The notes below the pieces were generated by a model. That model searched no databases, was not told the origin of the DNA, and worked only from the letters and a program-made list of their open reading frames with translations. From the NCBI GenBank assembly GCA_039188975.1, contig JBCCYT010000006.1:1-60593 (forward strand): a DNA stretch of 60,593 nt, written 5' to 3'. Both the position numbers and the translations under genes were made by a program. Below are positions 18,077 to 27,612 of this stretch, in pieces. Source of the DNA: Actinomycetota bacterium (GTDB taxonomy: Bacteria > Actinomycetota > Acidimicrobiia > Acidimicrobiales > Aldehydirespiratoraceae). Each line of letters starts with the position of its first letter. The stretch's first letter is position 1.

Positions 18077-19348
18077 TCACTTGGCGGCGAAAACGATGTC
18101 GTCGGGAAGCGTGTTGGTATCGGCCGTGATCATCTCGCCGTCACCGAAGACGCTCTCGAGGAACGTCACCGCAAACGTGTTGGTGAGCTCCTTGACTCGT
18201 TCGATCGGCATGTCTCCGTCCGAGCAGCCCTCCTGCGCCATCAGCGTGATCGTCTCGACGACGATCTCGGTAGCACCTTCGCGGCCGGGCAGAACCTCGA
18301 CGTAGTCGCACAAGTCGGTGAAGGACTGGTGCTCACCGGCGATGAGCTCGACTCGGTAGTGCCCCACCGCATTGGATGCTTCCCATGCGTCCTCGACGTG
18401 CGGGTCGACAGGGGTTGTCTTGTCGTCGGCGCCGACGATGATGAGCGTGGGCTGATCGATCAACGCGAGGGTGTCGTCGGGCAACAGACCCGTGACCGCA
18501 GGCGCAAGGGGGATGAGGGCATCGATGCGATCGTCGGCGGGAGTGTCGCCGTTCGGGTTCCCCGTGGTACCCGACGCAACGGCATAGGTGGTGTAGCCGC
18601 CAAAGCTGTGGCCGGTCACCGCGATCGACTCCGGGTCGACGAGCGCGGCATAGGGTCCAGCCTCGGCGTTGGCCGGGTCGACCATGGCGTCGATGACCGT
18701 GATGACGTCGAGCGGTCGGTTGTACGCGATGAGCTCTGCATCGTCGGCCGTGCCCAGCACCCGCTCCACCGATGTATTGCCGGTGTGGTCCGGGGCGACA
18801 ACCACATAGCCATGGCTGGCGATCGTCTCGGTGTAGTCGGAGTGGATGTAGCGAATGCCGCCCGAGCCGTGCGAGTAGACAACGAGCGGGAACGGACCAT
18901 CGGTCGACGCCGACGACACGTCGACGGCGAGTGCCCGCGCCGACTCGAAGAAGTCGCCCGTGACGAAGGTGTATTGCACCAGGTCGCCGGCGCTGTCGTC
19001 AGCCAGCGGGAACCACACGTCGACGGTCAGCGGCCGGTTTCGTGTCCCGTCGGTGATGGTGATCGTCTGCACCCCGACCCCGTAGGGCCCGAGACCGACG
19101 CTGCCGAGCTCTGGTAGAGCCGGCGCCGCCGTGGTTGTGGTGGGCGCGGCCGTGGTCGTCGTTGGCGCTGTCGTCGTGGTGGTGTCGGTCGCCTCGGTTG
19201 TCGTTGACGCGGTTCCCGTCGTCGTGGTCGACGCTTGCGTGCTCGCACCTGCTCCCGCCGTGTCGTCGGATCCGCCGTCGTCATCGCCGCATGCGGCAGC
19301 GATGAGCACGAGAACCAACAGGATCGACATGATTCGACGAAACGACAT
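18077..19348 (-). CDS. Lipoprotein alpha/beta hydrolase with Thr-rich linker
   Basis: Lipobox LIAAAC, TTTT linker, YSHGSGG, GHSFGG nucleophile elbow, GADDKTTP, GEHQSF. Confidence 0.85.
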   Translation of the reverse strand: MSFRRIMSILLVLVLIAAACGDDDGGSDDTAGAGASTQASTTTTGTASTTTEATDTTTTTAPTTTTAAPTTTTAAPALPELGSVGLGPYGVGVQTITITDGTRNRPLTVDVWFPLADDSAGDLVQYTFVTGDFFESARALAVDVSSASTDGPFPLVVYSHGSGGIRYIHSDYTETIASHGYVVVAPDHTGNTSVERVLGTADDAELIAYNRPLDVITVIDAMVDPANAEAGPYAALVDPESIAVTGHSFGGYTTYAVASGTTGNPNGDTPADDRIDALIPLAPAVTGLLPDDTLALIDQPTLIIVGADDKTTPVDPHVEDAWEASNAVGHYRVELIAGEHQSFTDLCDYVEVLPGREGATEIVVETITLMAQEGCSDGDMPIERVKELTNTFAVTFLESVFGDGEMITADTNTLPDDIVFAAK

Positions 19349-19503
19349 GGCCGCCATGCTGGCACGATCCCAACGGCCAGTCCTCGTTGGCGCCCTCGGG
19401 TCCTGTGCCGTCGGGTCTTGTGTCAGCGAGCTGACTGATACGGTGCTGCCCCATCAGCGCTGACGGCAGCTGGTTCGGTCGCAGCCGGGGAAGTCTTTTC
19501 ACC

Positions 19504-19893
19504 ATGCCCTTCGAGATTCGTGCCACATCGACGGGTGGCTTGGCCATCGGTTCGGATTCCGTCACCGAGGACGACGGCCTGGCCGTGCTGGGACTCCTCA
19601 TCGACAACCCTGACTGGGCCCATCTCATCGCCGATGTCTCGGGTTCGGACTCTCCGCTCGTACTCCCTCGAACCGAGGAACTCGATGTGATGCATCTCCT
19701 CGCGCGCACAGTCCGGGACCTGCGACTTCCTCGCGGTTTCAAGATCGCCATCGTCCGATCACCACGAACCGCGGCTCGGGTGGCCGACTTCGTCGACCTG
19801 GTCCGGTCCGTTGTGGTCGACCTCGAGGTCGAGACCTTCGACACGTTGGACACGGCGTTGGCGTGGGTCGATGCCTCCTTGCCAACCGACTGA
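19504..19893 (+). CDS. Hypothetical protein, SpoIIAA-like/STAS-like fold suspected
   Basis: 129 aa; KIAIV strand and C-terminal FDTLDTALAWV, which is typical of SpoIIAA-like proteins. Confidence 0.55.
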   Translation: MPFEIRATSTGGLAIGSDSVTEDDGLAVLGLLIDNPDWAHLIADVSGSDSPLVLPRTEELDVMHLLARTVRDLRLPRGFKIAIVRSPRTAARVADFVDLVRSVVVDLEVETFDTLDTALAWVDASLPTD

Positions 19894-19963
19894 CGCGCCG
19901 ATCAACCATTTCCATCGTCTGAAGACTGTCCGTCGACGCCTTCTCCACCGACCGCCCCGCAGG

Positions 19964-19978
19964 TTTACAATCTGTCAA
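19964..19978 (+). promoter_or_regulatory. Palindromic operator TTTACA-ATC-TGTCAA overlapping a TACAAT -10 element and the start codon (probably leaderless)
   Basis: TACAAT at 19966-19971 lies 6 nt before ATG 19978. The same motif occurs at 36772. Confidence 0.6.
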
Positions 19979-21435
19979 TGACGGTTGACTGCCTCCATCC
20001 CGTCCAGCGCCTCGGGCGATCGATCGACCGGATCATCCGGCCGACGTCGCTCGACGATGCGCTCGCCGCGCTCGATGCCGATCCGACGATCAAGCCCATC
20101 GCCGGCGGAACCGATCTCCTGCTCGACCTCCATCGAGGCGGCCCGGGTGAACCGGTCACCCTGCTCGACCTCACCGCCATCGGAGAGCTCGACGGCATCA
20201 CCGTCGAACGCGGCATGGTCCGACTCGGGGCCCTCACCACCCACAACGATGTTGTCGGCCATCCCGAACTCCCGATCGTGGCGCTACCGCTCGCCCAGGC
20301 GTGTCTCGAAGTTGGGTCGGCCCAGCTCCGCAACCGAGCGACGATCGCCGGCAACCTGGCAACCGCCAGCCCTGCCAACGACACCATCTCCGCGCTCCTT
20401 GCACTCGACGCATTGGTGACGGTTCGTTCGGTGCAAGGCGAGCGGACCATCCGCCTCGACGACTTCGTGACAGGCTTTCGCACAACGGCGCTCGAGCCGG
20501 GCGAGATCATCACGGCGATCGAATTCCCGAGCCTCGACGACACGACCATCGGGATCTGGGTCAAGCTGGGAAACCGGGCCGCCCAAGCGATCTCGGTGGT
20601 GCACCTCGGGATCGTGATCGACCGGACGAGCGACGGCATCGTCCGAGATGCCCGAATCGCGATCGGCAGCGTTGCCGCCCGCGTTGAACTTCTCCCCAAC
20701 GCGGCACGCAATCTGATCAACCACACACTCGATGACGACACGATCGAGACGTGCGCGCAGCAAGCGGCTGCTGCCATCACTCCGCTCGACGATGTGCGTG
20801 CGACCGCCAGCTACCGCAGGGCGCTCGTTCCGACACTGGTCCGGCGGGCCCTCGAAGCCCTCCGTGACGACGCCGCCGCCAGCCGATGGCCCGGGCGGGT
20901 GCCACGCCTCACCAACCAGGAACGCCCGGTCCGCGTTCCGGCAGCGGACACGAGCGACCGTGCCGTCATTTCGATCACGGTCAACGGTGCCGAACAGGCC
21001 GGCCCACGAGGTGCATCTCGCACACTGCTCGACTGGCTCCGCGAGGAGCTCGCGCTCACCGGTGCAAAGGAAGGTTGTGCGGAGGGCGAATGCGGCGCAT
21101 GCACCGTGCAGCTCGACGGTGACGCGGTCATGAGCTGTCTGGTGCCCGCGGCACAGGCCGCCGACCGCTCCGTCACCACCGTCGAAGGGCTCGGCACCGC
21201 CCACCAACCCCACACGCTGCAGCAGGCATTCATCGACGAGTTCGCCGTGCAGTGCGGTTTCTGCATTCCCGGTTTCATCGTTGCCGGCGCAACCCTGATC
21301 GATGAACTTGCGGATCCGTCGGTCGATGACATCCGTCTCGGCCTTGCCGGCAACCTCTGCCGGTGCACCGGCTACTACCCGATCATGCAGGCCGTGCAAC
21401 GAGCAAGCGTCGTGCCGGTGGAACTCGAGCCATGA
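19978..21435 (+). CDS. Xanthine dehydrogenase-family FAD-binding subunit fused to a [2Fe-2S] subunit
   Basis: IAGGTDL and RNRATIAGN (FAD part); GCAEGECGAC, QCGFCIPG and GNLCRCTGY (two Fe-S clusters). Confidence 0.92.
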   Translation: MTVDCLHPVQRLGRSIDRIIRPTSLDDALAALDADPTIKPIAGGTDLLLDLHRGGPGEPVTLLDLTAIGELDGITVERGMVRLGALTTHNDVVGHPELPIVALPLAQACLEVGSAQLRNRATIAGNLATASPANDTISALLALDALVTVRSVQGERTIRLDDFVTGFRTTALEPGEIITAIEFPSLDDTTIGIWVKLGNRAAQAISVVHLGIVIDRTSDGIVRDARIAIGSVAARVELLPNAARNLINHTLDDDTIETCAQQAAAAITPLDDVRATASYRRALVPTLVRRALEALRDDAAASRWPGRVPRLTNQERPVRVPAADTSDRAVISITVNGAEQAGPRGASRTLLDWLREELALTGAKEGCAEGECGACTVQLDGDAVMSCLVPAAQAADRSVTTVEGLGTAHQPHTLQQAFIDEFAVQCGFCIPGFIVAGATLIDELADPSVDDIRLGLAGNLCRCTGYYPIMQAVQRASVVPVELEP

Positions 21436-23687
21436 GCGTCGGCCACTCCTCCGTCCGACGCGACGCCGCGGCGAAAGTCGACGGTTCCGCGGCCTACGCC
21501 GCCGACGTTGTGCCGCCCGAGGCACTGCACGCGGTGATCGTGTTCTCCGGACGCGCCCACGCCCGCATGATCTCAATGTCGACCACAGCCGCCCGGGCCA
21601 TCGATGGCGTCGTCGACGTCATCACCGCCGCCGACGCGCCGGTCAACGAGTACGGGCTGACCATGCTCGACCAGCCGGCGCTCGTCGGCGTCGATCACAC
21701 CGGCATGGCGCCCGTCGACGCATCGATCAGCCGGTGGGAAGCTGACCAGATCGCCGTCGTGATCGGGGAGACGGCCGCCGCAGCGCGAGCGGGCGCGGCC
21801 GCCCTCGACGTCATCTGGGAAGACCTCCCGCTTGTGACCGACATCGATCAGGCCCTCGAACCGGCCGCCCCCCTCCTCCACCCCGAGAACGGCCTCGACA
21901 CCAACGCCTACCACCACCTCAAGATCCGCAAAGGTGACATCGACTTCGGCTGGGCGGTCGCTGACGTCGTCGTCGACGACACCTACGAGGTGCCCCACCA
22001 AGAACACGCCTACCTGCAGCCCGAGGCGGGTACGTCCTACATCGACGACGAGGGGCGGGTCACGATCGAGGTCGGCGGCCAATGGACAACCGAAGATCGC
22101 GAACAAGTTGCCCACGTGCTCGGCCTACCCGAGGCCCAGGTCCGCATTGTCTACAAAGCGGTCGGCGGTGCGTTCGGCGGCAAAGAAGACATGTCGATCC
22201 AGATCGCGCTCGGGCTCGCCACACTGAGGCTTGCCGAGCGCGGCGAGCACCGACCCATCCACTGTCGCTGGTCGCGGGAAGAATCGATCGTTGGCCACCA
22301 CAAACGTCACCGCGGGCGTATCCGACTACGACTCGGAGCAACCAGCGAGGGAGAAATCACCGCCCTCGAGGCCGACGTCGATCTCGATGCCGGCGCGTAC
22401 AACTACACGTCCAACAAGGTGCTCGGCAACGCCCACCTGTCGGTCGCGGGCCCGTACCGGATACCCAACGCCCGCATCGACTCACGGGCGATCTACACGA
22501 CCAGCGTGCCGGGCGGCGCATTTCGCGGCTTCGGTGGCCCACAGGGGCACTTCGCCATCGAAACGGCACTGAACAAACTGGCGGAGCGCCTCGGTATCGA
22601 CCCGGTCGAGCTTCGGCTCCGCAATGCGCTCCGAGACGGCGACGCGAGCATCACCCAAGCCCCCATGCCGGACGGTGTCAGTATCCGCGAGGTCATCACG
22701 GCGTGCTCGATGCGAGCCGACCTCGGCGAGCCCTTCGGCGAACCCGAGCCATTCTCGCCCATTGCATCGCTGCCGTCCGCGCCGGACGCACTCCGCAACG
22801 GTAGGGGCTTCGCAGCCGGCTTCAAGAACGTCGGCTTCTCGTTTGGCTTCCCGGAACGGTGCGAAGCAGAGATCGTGCTCCACGGTTCGCCAGACGACGA
22901 AACGCCGACGCACGTCGACCTCTATCACGGAGGGGCCGAGGTCGGGCAGGGGCATCACCACGCAATGTTGCAGATCGCCGCTGACGCCACGGGCGTCGAA
23001 CTCGATCTCGTCGACGGGCACTTCAGCGACACCGCGACATCGGGCGACCCGGGGTCAGCATCGGCGAGCCGGTTGACGTTCATGGCCGGCAACTCGATCC
23101 TCGGGGCCGCAGAGGAGGCCGAGAAAGCATGGCGAGACGGCAGCCGGCCGGCTCGCGGCTTCTTTCGCTACACACCGCCACCAACCGAAGCACTCGACGC
23201 TGACACGGGGACTGGCGCCCCCAACTTCTGTATCGGTTACCTCGCGCAGTGTGTCGAGGTCACGGTCGACATCGACACCGGTCACATTCGAGTCGACCGG
23301 GTCACGTCAACTCACGACGTCGGCGCCGCGATCAACCCTCGACTCGTGCAGGGCCAGATCGAAGGCGCAGTGGTGCAAGCGCATGGCTACACGCTCAGCG
23401 AAGACCTTCAACTTGTCGATGGCTTCATCACCAACCCCCGTTTCTCGGGCTACTTGATTCCCGGTATCGGTGACATCCCCCTCGAGGTCGACAGCCAGAT
23501 CCTCGAGTTCGCCGATCCGCTCGGTCCGTTCGGTGCCCGCGGCGTCGCCGAGATGCCGTTCATCGCCTATGCACCAGCATTGATCGCGGCGGTCCACGAC
23601 GCGACCGGCGTGTGGTTCGACTCGTTCCCACTCACGCCGAGCCGGGTCCTCGAGGGACTGCGAGGGCTCTCGACCCCCACCGTCTGA
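21432..23687 (+). CDS. Xanthine dehydrogenase-family molybdopterin-binding subunit
   Basis: QEHAYLQPE, GGAFGGKE, AFRGFGGPQ, GQIEG and GARGVAE motifs; ATGA overlap. Confidence 0.93.
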   Translation: MSVGHSSVRRDAAAKVDGSAAYAADVVPPEALHAVIVFSGRAHARMISMSTTAARAIDGVVDVITAADAPVNEYGLTMLDQPALVGVDHTGMAPVDASISRWEADQIAVVIGETAAAARAGAAALDVIWEDLPLVTDIDQALEPAAPLLHPENGLDTNAYHHLKIRKGDIDFGWAVADVVVDDTYEVPHQEHAYLQPEAGTSYIDDEGRVTIEVGGQWTTEDREQVAHVLGLPEAQVRIVYKAVGGAFGGKEDMSIQIALGLATLRLAERGEHRPIHCRWSREESIVGHHKRHRGRIRLRLGATSEGEITALEADVDLDAGAYNYTSNKVLGNAHLSVAGPYRIPNARIDSRAIYTTSVPGGAFRGFGGPQGHFAIETALNKLAERLGIDPVELRLRNALRDGDASITQAPMPDGVSIREVITACSMRADLGEPFGEPEPFSPIASLPSAPDALRNGRGFAAGFKNVGFSFGFPERCEAEIVLHGSPDDETPTHVDLYHGGAEVGQGHHHAMLQIAADATGVELDLVDGHFSDTATSGDPGSASASRLTFMAGNSILGAAEEAEKAWRDGSRPARGFFRYTPPPTEALDADTGTGAPNFCIGYLAQCVEVTVDIDTGHIRVDRVTSTHDVGAAINPRLVQGQIEGAVVQAHGYTLSEDLQLVDGFITNPRFSGYLIPGIGDIPLEVDSQILEFADPLGPFGARGVAEMPFIAYAPALIAAVHDATGVWFDSFPLTPSRVLEGLRGLSTPTV

Positions 23688-23802
23688 CGGTTCCCGTCTC
23701 GTCCCCTGCGAGCATCATCAGCGGGCCCACGGCCGAAGATCCGACGTTGGCTCTCTCATACCGCAGCGCAGATCGCCGAGCCTTCCAGGGACCCTCGGAA
23801 GG

Positions 23803-25812
23803 ATGACGGACCCAATGACCGAGATTGCCCCGCAGTCGCCAACGGCGCGATTCCACATTCCCCTGCGCGTGCGATTCGCGGCGCTCGCGATCGTGCCCCT
23901 GCTGGGCATGGTCGTCTTCGCCAGCATCAACATCGGTCGCCAGGCCGACCAACGAGCCGAAGCAGAACAGTCAGAAACGCTGGCTCTGCTGAGCGTTCGC
24001 ATCGGCGACCTGCTTCACGAGACGCAGAAAGAGCGGGGCGCAACGGCGCTGTACCTCGGATCCGGCGGCGAGCGATTCCTCGAGGAACTGCCCGCCCAAC
24101 GCGACACCACCGACGGCCCGCGCACGGCGTTCCTCGAGTTCTTCGACCAACACGAAGGCGACCTGCCCGACGACCTGATCGCGGTTCTGCAGGCCCCGCT
24201 GGCATCGGTGGCTCAGCTCGATCAGCAGCGCGCGTTGGCCTGGGACCTTGCGGTGACCGCTCCCGAATCGATCGGGTTCTACACCGCGATGAACAGCGAG
24301 CTCCTGGATGCGGTCGCCGCCACGGCGACGTACTCGAAAGACCCGGCGCGCAAAGGCGCGATCATCACCTACGCCACCTTCCTCAACGCCAAGGAGCGGA
24401 CCGGCATCGAACGGGCCCAGGTCTCGTCGTTGTTCGCCCGCGGTGAGCCGGTGCCGGGCCAAATCAACGCGATCGTCGCCTTGGTCTCCGCCCAAGCCTC
24501 CTACCTCGACCTCTTCTCTGACCTTGCCGACGACGCCACCCTGGCGACCTTCGAGACGGCCCAGGCCGATCCGATCGTGGCTGAAGTCGCACGCATGGAA
24601 GCCATTGCGCTCGAAACCGACGTCAACGACCCGGCCTTCGACGGTTACGGCGAGGAACCGGAGTACTGGTTCGACACGATCACGGCCCGCATCAACCTGC
24701 TCAAAGGGGTCGAGGACTTCCAGGCCGATGCGATCATCTCAAGCGCCCAAGCCGCAGCAGCCAGCGCATCGAGCACGTACAACCGATCCTTGGCCTTCGC
24801 CCTCTTCGCCGGGCTGGCGACGCTCGCCGTTGCGGCGTGGACGACCCTCGACCATGTCCGGCGTCTGCGCCATCTCGCCGATGTCGCCGACTCGATCGCC
24901 AAGGGCCATCTCGCCGTCGAGGTTCCTGAACCCGTCGGCAACGATGACATCGCTCGCCTCACCCGAGGTTTCGCCAACATGGCCGAAGCCACGGGCGCGT
25001 CGGTCCGTCATCTCCAGGCATCGTCGGGCCGCCTCGGTGACACCGCTCACGATCTCGCGATGATGTCGGGCGCCGTCACCTCCCAAGCCGAGCAGGCCGC
25101 GTCTCAAGCTCAGGTCGCCAACGAGCTGTGCGCCAACGTCGGGGAGTCGATGGGGCGAGCGAACGACGCCATCACCACCATGGACAACTCGATCCGCCAG
25201 GTCGCCGATCGAGCAGCAACCGCCAATCGGGTTGCCGACGACGCCGTGCAAATCGCGGGCGAGTCGACCGCATCGATCGAGCAGTTGGGTGAATCGTCAA
25301 ACCGCATCGGCGAGGTGATCGACACGATCAATGCCATCGCCGAGCAAACGAACATGCTGGCGCTCAACGCCACCATCGAAGCGGCCCGAGCGGGCGACGC
25401 AGGCAAGGGATTTGCCGTCGTTGCGACCGAGGTGAAGGAACTCGCCAGCCAGACCGCCAATGCGACCCAGGAAATCAGCGAGCGGGTGGACACGATTCAA
25501 CGTGATGTCGCCACGGCAGTCGATGCCAACGGCAAGATCGCCGACACGATCCACCGAATCAACGAGATCAACGCATCGATCTCCGAGGCCGTCTCCGACC
25601 AAACGTCGGCGGTCGACGAGATCCGCGGCTCGATCGGTGTTGCAGCCGACGGCACAACCGCAATTCGCACGACGATGGAAGAGGTCACCGCCGCCGCGGC
25701 CGACACGCTGCAGGCCGGATCGAACGCTCAATCAGCTGCCAGCAACACAACATCGATTGCCGACGAGCTCGCCGATCTCGTCGATGCCTACCACCTCGAA
25801 CCCACCTCGTGA
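23803..25812 (+). CDS. Methyl-accepting chemotaxis protein with NIT (nitrate/nitrite-sensing) domain
   Basis: TM1, NIT-type repeats HETQKERG and [12 protein letters not shown]2, HAMP, and the signalling tip [20 protein letters not shown]. Confidence 0.9.
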   Translation: MTDPMTEIAPQSPTARFHIPLRVRFAALAIVPLLGMVVFASINIGRQADQRAEAEQSETLALLSVRIGDLLHETQKERGATALYLGSGGERFLEELPAQRDTTDGPRTAFLEFFDQHEGDLPDDLIAVLQAPLASVAQLDQQRALAWDLAVTAPESIGFYTAMNSELLDAVAATATYSKDPARKGAIITYATFLNAKERTGIERAQVSSLFARGEPVPGQINAIVALVSAQASYLDLFSDLADDATLATFETAQADPIVAEVARMEAIALETDVNDPAFDGYGEEPEYWFDTITARINLLKGVEDFQADAIISSAQAAAASASSTYNRSLAFALFAGLATLAVAAWTTLDHVRRLRHLADVADSIAKGHLAVEVPEPVGNDDIARLTRGFANMAEATGASVRHLQASSGRLGDTAHDLAMMSGAVTSQAEQAASQAQVANELCANVGESMGRANDAITTMDNSIRQVADRAATANRVADDAVQIAGESTASIEQLGESSNRIGEVIDTINAIAEQTNMLALNATIEAARAGDAGKGFAVVATEVKELASQTANATQEISERVDTIQRDVATAVDANGKIADTIHRINEINASISEAVSDQTSAVDEIRGSIGVAADGTTAIRTTMEEVTAAAADTLQAGSNAQSAASNTTSIADELADLVDAYHLEPTS

Positions 25813-25900
25813 CGACGATCGGCACCGGTTCTTATCCGGCCTTCCGTCGTACCGAGACTGCACTCACCTTCCCTCCACCAGCAGATTTCAAGGCCCAGCA

Positions 25901-27508
25901 ATGAATTCCTCCGCGCTTTCCAGCATCGTGCGACCAACCGTCGGACGAAAGATCGGCGTCTGCCTCGCCGCTGTCGTGGTCGTATCGATTTCGGTGTCGT
26001 TCTGGGAGGCCTCGAAGGCGGCCGAGGTGAACGACAAGGTCCATGACTTCGTCGATGCCGACGCACCGGCCGAAGCACTCTTGCTCAACATCGACCGCGA
26101 CGCCTATCAAGCTCAAATCGCCATCGAACAGATGGTGACAGCCTCGCCGGCTGCGATCGCAGCGCTGCTCGACGACTACGCGGGCAACCGCGATCAGACG
26201 CAAAGCCGGTGGGACGAGTACAAGGCAACCGCTCGTGGGCTCGGCGACGAGCAGGCTCGGTGGCCAGCATTCGATGCGGCGCGATCCGCCTGGGTCGCCG
26301 CGACCGACGACCTTGCTGAACGTCTGGCCGCGGGCGAGCGGGCACCGGACCCGGCACTCATCGCGGATGTCGCCGCAAGCCGCGAACTCTTCAACGGTGT
26401 CCGGGACGTGATCGATCCGATCGTCGAAGAGATCTACGTCCCCAACCACGCGGACTTCAGCAGCAGTGTGGACTCCACCACGGACTCCGGAGAGCGCGCC
26501 GCGTGGATCGCCGCCGTCTTCACGCTGGCCGTCTTCGCCGTTGGGCTCTGGGTCGCCAACCGCATCTCGACGACGATTCGCCGCATGGAGCGTCACGCCG
26601 ATCGAATCGCCAGCGGCGACCTTTCCGAAACCGAGATCACCGTGACCAGCAACGATGAACTCGGCGATCTCGCCACCTCGTTCTCCCGGATGGGCGAGTC
26701 GGTGAAGACCATGGTGACACGGGTGAAGGACTCTGCGGAGGGGCTGCAGAGCGCGTCGGAACGTCTCACCCAGATGTCGAGCAGCATGAACGAGAGCGCC
26801 ACGCTCACCTCTGACCAGGCCAAGAGCTCGTCAGGCACCAGTGAGAACGTCAGCATGAGCGTGGCGTCGGTGGCCTCGGCCGTCGAACAGGTGAACTCGA
26901 CCATCCGTGAGGTCTCCGCAAGCGCAAGCGAAGCCGCTGCGGTCGCCGGCGAGGCGGTTCACCTCGCCCGTGCGTCGTCCAGCTCGATCGGCAAGCTGGG
27001 CGAATCATCAGAACAGATCGGTGCTGTCATCGAGGTGATCTCATCGATCGCCGAGCAGACCAACCTGCTCGCGTTGAACGCCACGATCGAAGCAGCCCGG
27101 GCCGGCGAGGCAGGCAAGGGATTCGCCGTCGTCGCCAGCGAAGTCAAGGATCTCGCCAACCAGACCGCGGTTGCCACCGAGGAGATCGCGGCTCGAATCC
27201 AAGCGATCCAAACCGACACCGCCGGTGCCGTCAGCGCCAACGAACACATCGGCGAGATCATCGATCGCATCAATCAGATCTCCGCGACCATCGCCGCCGC
27301 AGTCGAAGAGCAGTCGATCACTACCCAAGAGATCGGCCGCAGCGTCGAGGACGCGGCCACCGGCTCCCAAGACATCAGTACGTCGATCTCACACGTTGCT
27401 GCCGCCGCCGAGTCGACCCGCTCCACGACCGTCGAGACCCGCACCTCAGCCGAGGAGATGGCCGCGATGGCCGACGAACTCACCGCCCTCGCGAGCAACT
27501 ACCGCTGA
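25901..27508 (+). CDS. Methyl-accepting chemotaxis protein with helical-bundle sensor
   Basis: Two TMs, HAMP (NDELGDL), [30 protein letters not shown]. Start ATG 25901. Confidence 0.92.
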   Translation: MNSSALSSIVRPTVGRKIGVCLAAVVVVSISVSFWEASKAAEVNDKVHDFVDADAPAEALLLNIDRDAYQAQIAIEQMVTASPAAIAALLDDYAGNRDQTQSRWDEYKATARGLGDEQARWPAFDAARSAWVAATDDLAERLAAGERAPDPALIADVAASRELFNGVRDVIDPIVEEIYVPNHADFSSSVDSTTDSGERAAWIAAVFTLAVFAVGLWVANRISTTIRRMERHADRIASGDLSETEITVTSNDELGDLATSFSRMGESVKTMVTRVKDSAEGLQSASERLTQMSSSMNESATLTSDQAKSSSGTSENVSMSVASVASAVEQVNSTIREVSASASEAAAVAGEAVHLARASSSSIGKLGESSEQIGAVIEVISSIAEQTNLLALNATIEAARAGEAGKGFAVVASEVKDLANQTAVATEEIAARIQAIQTDTAGAVSANEHIGEIIDRINQISATIAAAVEEQSITTQEIGRSVEDAATGSQDISTSISHVAAAAESTRSTTVETRTSAEEMAAMADELTALASNYR

Positions 27509-27612
27509 TCACACGCACCACCCACCACTCCCACGCACAACCTGACCCACCCCGCACTCGTCACCGGTAGCGACCGGCGCGACGAACCCCAAACCACAAC
27601 AGGGACATCACC

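Noticed and set aside
25330-27200. DNA similarity between the two MCP genes
   Set aside because: Confined to the universally conserved signalling hairpin; not evidence of a repeat element.
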